A stretch of 63,238 nucleotides of DNA, filler included, from Intoshia linei (taxonomy: Eukaryota; Animalia; Orthonectida), in assembly GCA_001642005.1 (NCBI GenBank). It is 7 parts of 7 records of this genome, joined end to end, with 100 filler letters (N's around TTAATTAATTAA, not from the genome) between each part and the next. Parts side by side here need not be neighbours in the genome. Positions count along the whole stretch, not along the records: positions 21,179 to 41,107 come from LWCA01000705.1; positions 41,208 to 50,980 come from LWCA01001341.1; positions 51,081 to 54,670 come from LWCA01002067.1; 4 more parts are not named here. The stretch is one strand, 5' to 3'. Of the stretch, positions 40,461-54,215 are shown piece by piece (position 1 is the first letter of the stretch; the number at the start of each line of letters is the position of its first letter). The position numbers and the translations under genes were made by a program. The notes below the pieces were generated by a model that worked only from the letters and a program-made list of their open reading frames with translations, made no database searches and was not told the origin of the DNA.

Positions 40461-41107
40461 CAGTGGCGACTCTGAGGTCAAAAGGTTACTCGTGCTCAAC
40501 ACAGTACCATAGAAACGAAACATAAACTTAATATCAATACAATTAATTAACTTTCAATTAAATTTTATTATCTATAACTATTATTTATACATATATTTTA
40601 ATAAACGTGGTTTAATGGCAAACTCATCAACAATCCGAGAATATAGTTCTCCATTAATCTCCATTTCTTTTCAATAGATATTCTGGAGAGTCTATCTTGC
40701 ACCATTGTACACTTCAGATATGATATAATTCTATTGAGCGTCCAAAAACTTCTTTCATTAGAAACCGAAGTTATAGGGATAGTGAGTAATAATTCCATAC
40801 ATTTTATACTCTCTGGTAAGACATTTAATAGATCAGTTCTATATATATATATTGCAATAATTTCTGAATTGCGGTACATTTTTTAAAATCTTCATTCGCG
40901 TATATATATTTTAATTCGCTAGTTAAAAATGATATATCAAAAATATCAGGATATATTGAGTTCAACGCCGATATATAATGAGCCGGAAATAAAATAGAAA
41001 ATTCATTGAATTTGGTGATATCAATTAATTCGAAAAAATTGTATTTTATAATTTCCAAATTTCATATTTAATTTTTTCATCTGTAATACGTCAAACAAAA
41101 TGCCAGC
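40461..41107 (-). pseudogene. hAT transposase 3' remnant (ZMYM/P52rIPK-like) with terminus CAGTGGCG
   Basis: LLTIPITSVSNERSFWTLNRIISYLKCTMVQDRLS is a hAT dimerisation domain. It is frameshifted across ORFs 40825..41058 and 40598..40879 and cut by the gap. Confidence 0.82.
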
Positions 41108-42890
41108 NNNNNNNNNNNNNNNNNNNNNNNNNNNNNNNNNNNNNNNNNNNNTTAATTAATTAANNNNNNNNNNNNNNNNNNNNNNNNNNNNNNNNNNNNN
41201 NNNNNNNAGCGTGGAAGACCAAAGAAAGTTACAACGAAGGCTTCTGCGTCTTATTATTCACTGTTATTAATTAGAGTTAACTGTTGTTAGAGGTTATTAA
41301 TTAAAATTTACTGGTATGTTTTTCAATCAATCTAGGAATATTTGTGTAATTGAATATACTTTGTATTATTTTATAAAAATAATGGAAATCATTATAGTTG
41401 TAAGTAAATCTAACTTCTTTAGTCTAAATTTTATTTTTATTATCACTAAATCAGCTTTAATATAATTATTATGTATTAATATATTGATTGTTATGTACTT
41501 CGTACACAAATAAGATCTCTGCCGATGAGATTTTAAATTTTTAAACCTAAATATATATAACAACGGATATATTTCCAACAGTATCAAAATCACCAATATT
41601 ACCAAAATTATACAAAATATACTTGAGATAATTGTTTGAAAGTTTTAGAAAATCAGAATTTGCCCACATAAGAGTATCAATTATTAGTTTATTTAAAATG
41701 ACCAGATTTAATAAGTACTTCAATTTATATTACAAACAAAACAAAATTAAGATGGAATAATTAATTTTAAAGTAAAATGTATAATGAATATGTGTGTGTT
41801 ACCATTTATTTCAATAACTACCAATCATAGAATTTTATAAAGTCCACATTGCAATTACAGTTTTTTTCAGTGGTGTTAGCAAAATAAATTTAAACCTCCA
41901 AAACTCTCATATTAAGGGTCAAATTGTCCCTTTTTTTGAAAATCAAACGAGTTCGAGAATTTAAAAAAAATATATCTTAAGGGCCAAAACGAAAAATTAC
42001 TTTTTGTTTTAATGAAAACAGCCCTAGAATTTAAAAAAATTTACAGGTGGTACAGTTGTATCCTGCAACACACACAATAAAATTCAATATGAATAAGTGA
42101 CGCCTTCACGGTCAAAACAGCACTTTAGTATATTGGCCAAAATATTGATTAGGTCAAACTTCACTACACAAAATATGGTGATGAGGCTTGAGGTCGATTT
42201 TTGTCATTACATAAAATTTATGGATGAAGCTTTAGGTTGATTCTCGTCATCACCATATTTTATGTCGTAAAAGAGTAATATAAAACAAGATAAACAAATT
42301 AATGATATATAATAACTATTACGTTATCAGAAAAGTTGGAACATAGTATAAAAATAAACGATTGTTTCCTTACAACATTTGTAGACATTTTGGATTTAGA
42401 TATAGTGAAATTTATCTTATTCTGTGCTTCCCAGTTAATTAATTTATTCTTTTTCTAAATTATATATGTTAATAAATGTATATATAGTGAAGCCTCCACT
42501 ATTGGCTAAAAACTGGACCTCGAAACCATCGTTATTTAAAATATCGTCATGTATGTTTTCCATCTACCCGCGGATTTTTTTTAGTTATTCCGCCCACGAT
42601 GTCAAAAAGATTGGTGGCCATTGGTTTAATATATTATTAAAGTAAATTAAAGTACATTTTTGTATATTGATAGGTTAATAAAATATTAATTAAATTAAAT
42701 AACATAGTTACATAAGAATTTAGATTAGTTACTTGAAAAACATTACGATTTTAATGTTTATTTTAAATAAAATTACAGTTAATACTAGAAACAGTTAATA
42801 GTGGAGGTTCCACTTTCATTACTAGCTTGGCTGTAATTGCAAAAACAATAGATTGTATTGCCGAAAGGGGATATATGTAGGTTTAGGTGA

Positions 42891-45800
42891 CTATGCTAAA
42901 TCAGCTGTGAAAAGGGCTGGATCTGATGAACCAACTCTGGAATCAAAAATTTGGAACTATTTTACGAGTATTCAAATATTAATTAATAGAACGACCCAAC
43001 AATATAAGTAATAAAAATAATTTAAGTTAGTCTATGAATCAAAAGGAGAACGTACTGCCTTATTAGTTTTATCCTATTTTGGTCACTTTGAAATATATAA
43101 TATATTCTTGTATTAGAGAAAATATTTGAACATTTACACAAGAAAATTCAATCATATTACTTTTAATAATAAGTTAAGAAAACAACTAAGAGAACATTAA
43201 TAACGCTAATTTTTATATAATAAAAGTAAAAAATTTATAAATGTAATGTAATATTTTAATAATTAAAAATTACCACAATTTGAATGTCTTTTTTTTCACT
43301 GATCGATTTTTTATAGTATAAGCTGATTTTTTTTTTCATTTTTTGTCTAAATTTTAATTATACAATTATTTTAATAATTTACTTTGAAGCCTTTGACCCC
43401 TGTTTTTCTTTTTTACTTTTTTTCTAAAATATAAGCTATAATACATATAATATATCCTAACTTATATAATATGCTACGCGATTTTTGTTTGTGCGTGTCT
43501 GTGTGTTCAGCTTTATTTAAATAACTACCCGTCTTAGAATTTTATAAATTTATCATTTCAGTTACAATTTTTTCCGGGGTGTTCGCAAACATAATTTGAA
43601 CCTTCCAAACTTACATCTTACGGGTCAAAAACCCCAATTATCCCTTATTTTGAAAATCAAACGAGATCGAGAATTTAAAAAAGTATATACACTAATACAC
43701 ATTTTAAAATCACAAAAATTATCATAAATTTAAATTTAAAAAAATTCATATATTTTTTTTCCGAAATATTTTATTAAAACATAAAATGTGAAATAATTAA
43801 CAGGCCAAAAATTAAAAAAAAGATTATTCTGATAGAGTTTATTCTAGTTGATATAGATACAAAAGTTCAACCCGAGAAATCTACGTATTTCCGATGAAAA
43901 ATAATTTGTAATAAAGTAATATGGGTGAAAATCTATATAATACATTCCTACGCAATTTTTAATTTTCAAAACATTTTGAATAAAATTTAAATGGAACTAA
44001 ACAACGAAACTAAAACAAATTTGTCAATATCATTTATATATTTATTATAATTCTTGGAAAATTTGGTAAAATTCGACTAAAATTTGTTGATAAAGTAAAG
44101 ATTCTGTTAATTATTGATGCATAATTAGTATTTTTAAGTATTTATTAAATTGGTACTGAATATATATCATCACATTGAAATGAAAAAATAGGTTTTCATA
44201 ATTTTATTTTTTCTGGAATTTATGCTATTTATGACAAATTTTTAAAGACTTTTTATTTTATTTTTAAATGTTAACAAACAAAAAATTGAAATGTAATAAT
44301 TCACTTTAAAGTAAAAATAATGTAATATGATTGTTATAAAATTTGAGAAGCACTCACTGTAAATATATTTCTTATTGTAAATGTGAATAATTACTGTTTT
44401 ATCCTTTTTTTTATCACTTATTTTATTATTCACATCAGAAATGCTATAATTTGATTCTGTTTCAGTATCAGAATCTTTTCCATATGAAGAGACGTCATCT
44501 TCCTTGTCGGTTTTACCATTAATTTGCTTTCTGTCAACTGTAGGATAATCTTCGCAACTATAAACGGACTCTTGAGAATCAGACGAGACAAGTATTTCTA
44601 GAGATTGTACTCTAGACATTTTTCTATTTTTAATTGATTTGTGTTTAGTATGTTTTCTATCTATTTTAGTTTTTCTAGATTCTTCTGTTTCATTTATTTC
44701 TGTGTCATCTGATGAGTTTTTTGATTCACACGATTGTAAGTCTATACTTTTTTTCACATTTTTAGATTCTTTAATTATATTTGATTCGCTGCTTTCTTTT
44801 TTATTTTTTTTTTTATGTGATACAATGGTTTTTATAATTTGAACAGAATTTCTGTTTTTTGTTTCTTGTTTGGTTTCCTTGTTGTTTTTCACTTTTTTCA
44901 CTTCTTTAATTATCTATTATGATGAAATTATTAACAACAGTAACTTTAATTATTGATTTGATTAAAATGGATCATTAAATTGGCATTATTAAACCAGAAA
45001 TTTTCACTTATATTAAATTTTAATATTTAAAATAAAATTTCCTTATGTATAAAAAAACACCCATGTTATAATGTTTATCATAAAATTACTGAAATATATG
45101 TCAGTGGAACCAAACCAGTCTTATTCTTGTCGTTTTTAGCTATCAACCATCCATCACCGGTGTCCTAATATATTTTAGATGTAAATTAATATATAAATCA
45201 AATTGAATTTTTTCCAATATTAAACACATATTTTCTAGAATAAATATATGTCCACAACAAATCAAGATCCGTACAGTTAATTAATACATACTAACTGATA
45301 AATTGGTAACATGTTAATTAAAAGCTACTTAATTATTACTTAAATAAGTATCTTAGACTAAATATTTGTAATTTTCAATTCAGGTTCTTATAAATCATCG
45401 TTGGTTTTTATTACGTTTTAATTAAAATGAATTAAATCGTATTTTATCAATTAAGTCGATATTGTTATTTATATTTATGTGAGGCTGTATCAGAAGTATT
45501 TATACTGATCACTGTCATGAATTGAAAGTTTTAGTGGCTGCTACTTAACGAAACTTACACTTGTTTACGAAGTGTCTACATTAATATATCATTATCTTGA
45601 TTTAACCCAGTGTTGCAGTGTTGACTATTTTATTCATGTTTTGATCATTAAGATGTCTCAAAAAATTTAATAATAACGAGTCAGTTAAAGGTTAATTCAG
45701 TTGAATGAGAATTCAGTATTTGAACAAGCCATTCAAATGATTCATTAATATTTCCATTCCAATTCATCATTTTAATCGATTTTAATGTTTATCTGAACGA

Positions 45801-46704
45801 TTTTTAACTCTTTTTAATATTAAACATAAAAAATTAAATTTGTGTTGAAGAAGAAATGCGGATTTCTTTTTATCATGTTCGACCTGCATTTTATTGTTAA
45901 AAGTCGCTCATTTTAAGTCAGTGGTCGAACATGGGTGTTCGAGAGAAGTTGAATATGTTAATGTTTTATTTTAGATAATAATACACAAACCTTTTTATTA
46001 CACTTTTATTAGGGGGTCGAAATACTAAAAAAGTTGGGAATCACTGCTTTAAGATATTAGTTCCCATTCATGATTAGAATATTTATTGATCCTAGGGACT
46101 GTATAATTTGAAGTTTTGAATTTGAATTATGTTTTCGATGTTGCGGCAATTCTAGAGCCAATTAACATAATTATTTTTTTATAAATCCTTAATTAATAAC
46201 ATCATTATTATTTAAAAATAGGTTTAACTGAAATTTTGTCTCAAAATAGTATGACTGAAGAAATTTAACCAGTTTTGAGTATTTATGTGCTGAAATATAA
46301 ATAACTAAACTAACTAAATAATTAAAAGGCTAAAAATCTGCACTAAAAACTGTACAGAAGGTCAAATTTCATGATCTATAACTGGGAATTGCTATCTTCA
46401 AAATAAAATGAATGTGTCATATAGAGATCTGCGCTACTTAATTAACGGATTCTACCTTATTTCACTTAGTTTGTTAATGCAGTGACGGACAGTTTATTTA
46501 AAAATATTTACTAACACTTAAATGATATGTAAAACAATGTAAATAATTACTTGTTGAACAATTTCCAATATCTCGCTTTTAGTGACACTTATTTCATCCT
46601 TATCTTTTGCTTCAAAGTTAAAAAGAACTTTGCACTATGCATAGGAAATTTTATTAAAATAATATAATTAAGAATATTTTTTTTAGTTAATATTTTACCT
46701 TCAT
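42891..46704 (-). CDS. SH3-domain protein with SNX9/18/33-like N-terminus followed by a K/S/E-rich low-complexity region
   Basis: Exons 46699-46704 (MK), 46551-46634 (CKVLFNFEAKDKDEISVTKSEILEIVQQ), 45090-45164 (DTGDGWLIAKNDKNKTGLVPLTYIS), 44395-44913, 43383-43423, 43274-43346. The end is either 43032-43073 (stop) or 43056-43073 plus 42891-42956. All joins are phase-consistent and the SH3 consensus is clear. Confidence 0.75.
43455..44390 (+). mobile_element. Non-autonomous Helitron-like element in an intron of the SH3 gene
   Basis: Starts A|TCCTAACTTATATAATATGCTACGCGATTTTTGTTTGTGCGTGTCTGTGTGTT and shares blocks with 6400-6803, 41780-42135, 47690-48110 and 48800-49030. Confidence 0.6.
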
Positions 46705-47333
46705 ATATTCTATGTCAATTTGAATTTGTTGAAATTTTGATTTCAATATAAAAATTGCAATATAAAATGTATCACTAGAGTGTCAATAAATATGTTTGTA
46801 CAGCTGATATTATCGAATATACAAATAATGATTACTTCATTTGTTTAACTTAAATGATAAATAGACAATTTAAATTTAATATATTTTTGTGTAGTCATTT
46901 AATCATGGTATTTTTGTAATAGATTATTACTACATTTCCGTATCAATGGGCATACATAATTATAATATTTTCTCTTAATTAAAAATAATTAATATGTTTA
47001 ATTTTATCATTTTTTATTTAAATTTCATAATATTCTAAATTTTTCAATAATAGATAATTCAATTGTCAACACTGACTTTAATTGATAATTACCCTTTCAG
47101 AATAAATATAAACACAACATTAGTGTTAAAAGTTAAATTTAATAGTGTTTTAGTAAAATGTAGAAGAGTGTTTATGAGATTCCTTTCGAAATGAGTTTTC
47201 CTTAAACATACTAATCTGAACGCTTCTAGTTTTTGAGATGCTAATTTGCTAACAAAGCGAGAATTTTTACATTTCATTTAACACGTAATCGCTAGCGTTA
47301 TTTTAAATTTATAACAACCACTAATATAGATTT

Positions 47334-47489
47334 AAAGTGACCAGAAAGAATATGTACTATCAAGTTTAGTTTATTTGGTGTTAAATGTAAAGCCAAAACT
47401 ATTTATCTATGATGACGAATAAAAATTTTCGGCTTAAAATTTATTTCAAATAAACTAAAAGTGATAGTACGTATTTTTCTGGCCACTTT
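47334..47489. mobile_element. 156-bp MITE; other copies at ~1560-2530 (split) and ~36245-36362 (partial)
   Basis: TIR AAAGTGACCAGAAA / TTTCTGGCCACTTT and a near-identical interior in three locations. Confidence 0.75.
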
Positions 47490-47689
47490 TATTTAGTTAT
47501 ACATTTAGTATGTTAGTTCAAAAAACTGACAAGAATTTATTAGTGTCAAAATTTATTGGTACAAGTTTTACAGGCAATATTATTACACTTTTACTTTTTG
47601 TCTAAATTTTGTAACTATATTATTGCATTATTATATGGGTGGGAATCTATATACATTATGGTAATTGATTCCTTCCCGTTTTTTTCAGT

Positions 47690-49030
47690 GCTACGCAATT
47701 TTTGATTCTCATTTTCAAAGCATTTTACTGTAAAACTAAACAACGAAGTACTAAAAATACAAGTTTGTTATTATCATTTTTATATTTATTAGAATGCTTT
47801 GCTATATTGGTAAAATTCATCTGAAATATGTTTCTAAAGTGCTGATTCCGTTATTTATTGATACAAATTGGTATTTTTAATTAATTATTAAATTGAACTG
47901 AGTATACAGTTAATTGTATATTATACATTGAAAATGACAAAATAGGTTTTTACAATTTTATTTTTTCTGGAATTTATGCTATTTATGACAATTTTTTTAA
48001 AAATTATTTACATAAATGTTAACAAAATAAATTGAACGTGGAATAATTCATATTAAATTAAAACATAATGTAATATGACGGGTCCACGTGTAACAAGTTT
48101 GGAACCACTCTGTTAAATGATTGATAATATGGAATAGTAGCATTTTTAGGTTACATTTTCTTATTTAATTTTCTGGTAGAATAAAAATGTCCACCCTCGC
48201 AAGAGCTAGGTTGCTGTTTGTACGTCAAGACAGTCAAGCTAGTGTATCTTATATGTATATAAAAATGAATTTCTGTGTTTGTGTAATCATTCATTGAAAA
48301 AATTGACAGTCGCAAAATTTAAAAATTCCCAATTTCTAATAGACTGTTTCCAGATCGTGTTTTTATTTATTTTTCAGTTTCAGAATTTGAGTCCTTTATG
48401 GTTAAAAACCCAAAATCAACCCAAAATTTTAATAAAACATACATTTAATAAAATTGGAACGCGTTTTAAAAGCATTACCACTGTCGTTAATCACAGCCTC
48501 AAAAACGCATACCTTCATGGTCAAAACTACAAATTACCCTTTTATTTTAAAAATGAAAAATATCCTAAAATTTATTTAAACATAAATTCTGGGATTCTTT
48601 TTAATCATGAACATTATCATAAATGAAAACCTAAAAAAAATAACTTCCACGATCAAAACCACACACTACCATTTGTTTTTAAATGAAAACAGCCCTAGAA
48701 TTTAAAAAAAATTATAGATGGTACAGTTGTATCCTGTTAAGACACACAAAAATTTTCAATCAGAATAAGTGACGTCTTCACAGTTAAAAAATCACTTTAA
48801 TATTCATATTTTTTTTCCGAAATATTTTATTAAAACAAAAAATGTGAAATAATTAACAGATTTTTTTTTTGAAATATTTTATTAAAACAAAAAATGTGAA
48901 ATAATTAACGGTCCGTAAAAAAAGGATTATTCTGATAGAGCTTATTAAATTTGATATAAATACAAGATTTCAACCCCAGAAATCTACGCATTCCCGGTAA
49001 AAAATAATTTTTAATATATTATCAACCAAT
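47690..49030 (+). mobile_element. Tandem Helitron-like segments: a 3' end (hairpin + CTAG|T at 48239-48243) followed by a new 5'-like start (~48246)
   Basis: GCTGTTTGTACGTCAAGACAGTCAAGCTAG|T. The same 3' motif (CAGCCAAGCTAG/T) occurs at ~1385-1441 (hairpin TTTGTAC-AAA-GTACAAA) and inverted at 42821-42878. Confidence 0.6.
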
Positions 49031-49960
49031 ATTTTTCAAATATTTCGATNCAACCAATATTTTTCAAATATTTCGATTAAAATCAAATATTGATCCTATA
49101 ATTTCAAAAAAAATGTGCATTGAACGTCTACACATTTCCAATAAAGTTATCAACATCTGTCTGTTTCAGTTATATTAGTTGTACAGCACCACCGTGAAGT
49201 TCATTGTACATAGATAAATGTATTAAAATACTACGTCGAATCAATCTTTACAGTGTCGTTTACAACATTCAATGGTATATCAAATTTCCTTGTTGGTAAT
49301 TCTTATTGAGTATAATTCACATTATATTCAAAAAAGCATATTAAATATAATTTTTGAGCAAAAAGAATAAGACTTTCTGGTCATAATTTTTTTATTTCAC
49401 TTATTTGTTACATTTAACGTAACTGAAGAACTTTCATATACTACTTTCACTTTACTAATACTAATAATAATACTAATACTTTCATTTATTTGTATTTTTA
49501 TTAATTCGTCATTGAAAAACCGAAACTGAAAAAGAATTTACAAATTTTAGGAATCTAAGATCAAAAAGAAGAAATATGGTGAAATTTAATACATTTAAAT
49601 TTAATTAACAATATGTACTAACAATTAACAATTACAGTAACCTATTCATTATTACACATGGTTTCTCTTTCTTCGTCACTTTGAATAGAATCCTGATCAT
49701 TATCAGAGTTTACAGGGGTAGAATTACCTGACCAGATAGGTGAGTATATATCCATTGATTGGTCCATCGAAGTGTACTAAAAATACAAATTAATAAAGAA
49801 ATAATTATACAAAATAAAATAAATGATAAAATAAATAAGTGTACACTCGACTTCTTTACAAAATAATAATTATCTCTTACAAGATGTAAGATTCTACCTA
49901 AAGGGACAGTTTTGTTGGATTGAGCAACTCTTCGATAGACTGTATTTTCGAACGATCACG

Positions 49961-50980
49961 GTGTGTTATTTATGTAAATCAAAAACTGTAAAATTTCTTA
50001 TAGACACCGACCCAATCGTCAATTTGATTACAGCAGTCATACTGGCACGGTTAAACTATACGTATAAACTCGAACCAACTACTGTACAATTATATACCGC
50101 TAATGGTTTCATATTAAAACACAACGGAATTGCAACTTTACATATAACAAAACATTTCTCAAAGTTTATGCAGTGAATGCTGAAACAAATATGGGATTAC
50201 AAGTGTAGTGTTACTATTAACAAATTCTTATCATGCAACTTTATTACAATAGTTACACAAATCTTCCACGTCATTTTTACAAATATATGCTATGAAAAGC
50301 TTTAATTTATAATTTTTTGTATTCAATAAATTATTTACACATACTCATTACAATTATAAATTAAAAATGAGCAATCAAATGCTAGATGTAAAACCAACAA
50401 ATTTTGTTCTTCCAATGCCTAAATTTTCAAAATGACATGGGGTAAATTGATTAGATTATGGAGTGAATCTTGCCCAGCACCCCAATCGAATCAGGTCAAA
50501 CTCATAATATTTAATCTTGAAATTAGTTTACAAGAGCTTCTACTAGAGGAAAAATTTCCAGTCGATGTCAATGAATTGGTTATTCAAGTTAAACAGATGG
50601 AAGATGGATGGTTTAATAGTAGAATCAAAATGTGATGCCATTCAAAACATTGCAGAATTAAGAATAAAATTTCCTATTAGAAAATTTGTAGTTAAAGTTA
50701 AAGATTAGTAAAATTGGCTTACCCAAATTATACAAATTCCAATTCAATTTGTCATGAAATTCTGCTCAATTGTCTGAAAAGATATAATTGGACGAGTTAT
50801 ACCAGTATGGTTAATGTGACTACAGATTTAAGAAAAACCATTGAATTGCTAGAAATGAATCCCCCAAGGTCAACCAAAATCACACCTGTACACGTGCAAA
50901 CAAACAAACAAATTGGCAAGTAAAATTAATAGTTACTCAAACAAATATAAAATAAATCGAAATGTAAACAAATTCTCTAA
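49961..50980 (+). pseudogene. Highly degraded LTR-retrotransposon fragments (aspartic protease, possible gag)
   Basis: KTVKFLIDTDPIVNLIT...LYTANG resembles a retropepsin LIDTGA motif. The downstream frameshifted ORFs are only gag-like. Confidence 0.5.
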
Positions 50981-51349
50981 NNNNNNNNNNNNNNNNNNNN
51001 NNNNNNNNNNNNNNNNNNNNNNNNTTAATTAATTAANNNNNNNNNNNNNNNNNNNNNNNNNNNNNNNNNNNNNNNNNNNNTTTTAGGATTTGACTGTTTT
51101 TACTTTATTTTTAATATTATACACACATTCTGTCAAATAAATTACAAAAATGGGATAACAATTGTTTTTACAATTCTTTACGCAAATGTTAACAAACAAT
51201 AAATTAATACGGAATAATTAACTTTAAAGTAAATAGTAATGTGATATAATGGTTCAACCTGAAACAAATTGGGGAACCACTCCTTTAAAGTATTGATAAT
51301 AGTTAATTTTAGTTAGTTTTGTTGAGATTCTCAAAATTAATTTTTTGCT

Positions 51350-52487
51350 GTGGTTACACATTATAAGGGAGCAGGAATGGAAATTAAATACCCAAAGAGC
51401 AGTAGAAACGATTATTCAGAGTTATCTGGATTATGTGAGGCAGCTAAAATATTTGTTTAATACCGGGTATATTATTTCAATCGGAAAATTGGGACCTTTC
51501 TAAAGCTCGCTAGAATAACAAAGCTATATTAAAATATTATCTACTTAGTTCCAACAAATTTGCAGCTATAATTGATGCGTGCAAATTTGTTGTCGATTTT
51601 TTGTTGCCTGCTTGGTTCACTTGTAGAAGACAAACTGAATCATTTAAATTATTACGAGGAATACTGGAAGGTAAAACATTGGAATGCTTTAATCGGAATT
51701 ATGTGTTGCGATCATATTCTATCAATGTGGCTATTACAAATGAAATTTGTGAGAGATCTCTGTGATATGTTAAAAAATTTGTCGACCGCAATATTTTGAC
51801 ATTGAAACAAAATTACTGTTCATTTTTAACAAAATAAATATTTATAATTTTAACAACTATTGTTTCCATGATTTATCGTAATTTTTTCAAGATAATAAAG
51901 TATTTTCGTTTTTTTTTCCTGATTTTAATTAATTAAAACGAAGAAACTAATAATACAAAAAAACTAAACTCAATTGCCTCGAATCTGCACACTATTTTAC
52001 ATATCGTCATACAAAAATTATTAAAATTAATCGATTAGAACAAACACAGTACAATTTTTTAGCTCGGCTTCTAAAGAGTTCATATTACTTTTTTTTATTA
52101 AAATGTGTTTAAAACGTTAATAACTGAATTTCAAAATGGGACACTCAGATTTTCATATTTGAAATAAATTTTTGGTTATTATAAATGTTAGTATTTTTAA
52201 ATTTGACCAATATTACAAAAACCCCTTTTTAAGGAAAATACACCCTATAAGGTTAAATATTAAATTTTTTCAGTCCAAATTTGGTATATGTCTTGGTGGG
52301 TCATACATTAATCATATCTATTTTTAAAAAAAAATAGCGCGCAAAAATCTTAAAATTCAAAAAGCATACACATTTTTAAGGTCATTTTTTCTAAAAATTT
52401 TTTTTTATAGGTTTTAAAGTACCCTCTTCAAGGTAGGAGTGGATTTTTTTCGAATCAAAAATTTTTGTAAAAAATGAACAGCCCTAA
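51350..52487 (+). mobile_element. Second, more decayed copy of the hATm-like element
   Basis: Reverse complement of ~19088-21078 with frameshifts, ending ...AAAAATGAACAGCCCTAA. Confidence 0.8.
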
Positions 52488-53433
52488 TGTATATATGTGT
52501 ATGTACAGAATTCATATAAAATAACTTATCTATCAAAATCTATCTTTAAAAAATCAGTACAAAATTTCAAATTCAAATAAAATTCAATTAAAATAAATAT
52601 GTACAATGTACATCGTAATAATTGCATAAATATTTTCTATAGTGATTTAAATTTTAATACACTCAAGGTGTGTTGAAAATAAAACGCACAACTTGCACTT
52701 AAATATACAATATACAATGTATAAATTTAGACTTTAATTTATTCTATTCATATTCAATATTCTATTTCTAATTAATCAAAAATTTTATTTACAAGAATGA
52801 AACAAATTAAATTCGTTTCAAATACAAGTGATCTTTCAAGCATACTTTATAGATGTGGTTTTCAAATTTTCTGTATTCGTGACTTCTTATGAACATAAAA
52901 CATTTTCGCGATTTAAAAATTTTCTATATATTCCAAACATAATATCAAGTGGCATAAATAAAATTATTAAAAAAGCAGTTTTATTTTTTAAAGTTCGCGT
53001 TACCCCCGGATAAAAACACTGTTTTATATTATAATCGATTAGATTAGATTAAATTACAATCGTTCTTTAAATCATGTGAATTAATTTAAAATGACACCTG
53101 TAAAAATTATAATGTTAATGCTCAGTGAGCATTGCTGCATTCAAATCTACATAATAATCAGTAGTCTCAATTTTTCAATTTATTTGACAGATAAATATAC
53201 AAATGATAATAAGACTGACTATGATCTATAAATACAGACTCGCATATTCAGTATTATACATCGATCATTACTGCCTTGCTAATTTATTCTAGAACGAATA
53301 TTTACGTAGCTATGAGCGTTGCATTCAGTATAATCAAGTACATTTAGTTGTAACTTGGATTTAACTTTCATTTCTATTTTTATTGATAATATTATTGGTA
53401 AAATTGAAAAATTTATTTTTTTTATTCAAAACA

Positions 53434-54215
53434 ATGGGGAAAAGCAGACGCAGATTAAAATCTGATGGACACTACAGCAATTCTAAACAATCTCAAACAG
53501 CCAAAACTTTTACAAAATATGCTACAAACACAAAACGTAGAAAAATTCCGCAAAAATGTAAGTTGAAGCAACAAGTTTTATTTTAATGTCAAAATTCCAT
53601 ATCTGAGTGCAACATTTTAACGCAATATATCACACTATTGTTATGTATATCCAATGGATATATTTGCAACTTTTACAGTGATACTGCACTTTTGATTTGA
53701 TAGTTCAAATTCATTTTAGTTTAAATGACAACGCACTCTAATATTCATATATGTATGTCGTCATTTATAAAATTTTCAGGGTTATTTTGTTGCTATTTTT
53801 GTTAAAATTTTAAAACTGTCTTAATGCTCGGTATTTTAAATTTAAACTTTTGTACAAGGTTTATTTAGATCAATTTTATGACTTCTTTGAAGTGGATTAT
53901 GAGCAAGTTGGATTGGATCAAGATGATCCCAATTATGAAAGTTCTGATGAGGTAATATTGACTTTTTATATTTTTTCATTAGCGTTATTATAGAAATTGA
54001 ATTATATCAGATATCAAAAAAAAATTGATATTAATAAATATGAAAAGTGTATAGATGGTTGCATTAAGGAGTATTTTTTAAATGGAACAACCAAGGATGT
54101 TTTGGTAAGTTTTATTTACATTTTGTCTGCATTTTCATTTGTGATTTAGTCTTTTTATAGCACTAGACCACACTGAAAAATACATCTGCATAAAAATAAT
54201 ATTATCTTGTGGATA
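53434..54215 (+). pseudogene. PDCD4-like (MA3 domain) gene, truncated or disrupted
   Basis: Exons 53434-53557, 53869-53951, 53994-54104 are in phase: ...VGLDQDDPNYESSDE..YEKCIDGCIKEYFLNGTTKDVL, compared with PDCD4 DVKDPNYD..FEKTLTPIIQEYFEHGDTNEV (recalled). The next segment, LFIALDHTEKY..ILSCG* (54150-54215), resembles MA3 but is out of phase and stops. Confidence 0.6.

Noticed and set aside
49120-49780. Possible minus-strand exon(s) with an acidic/Ser-rich peptide (MDQSMDIYSPIWSGNSTP...) and a Cys-containing remnant
   Set aside because: The pieces are short, interrupted by stops and have no identifiable homology, so they are insufficient to call.
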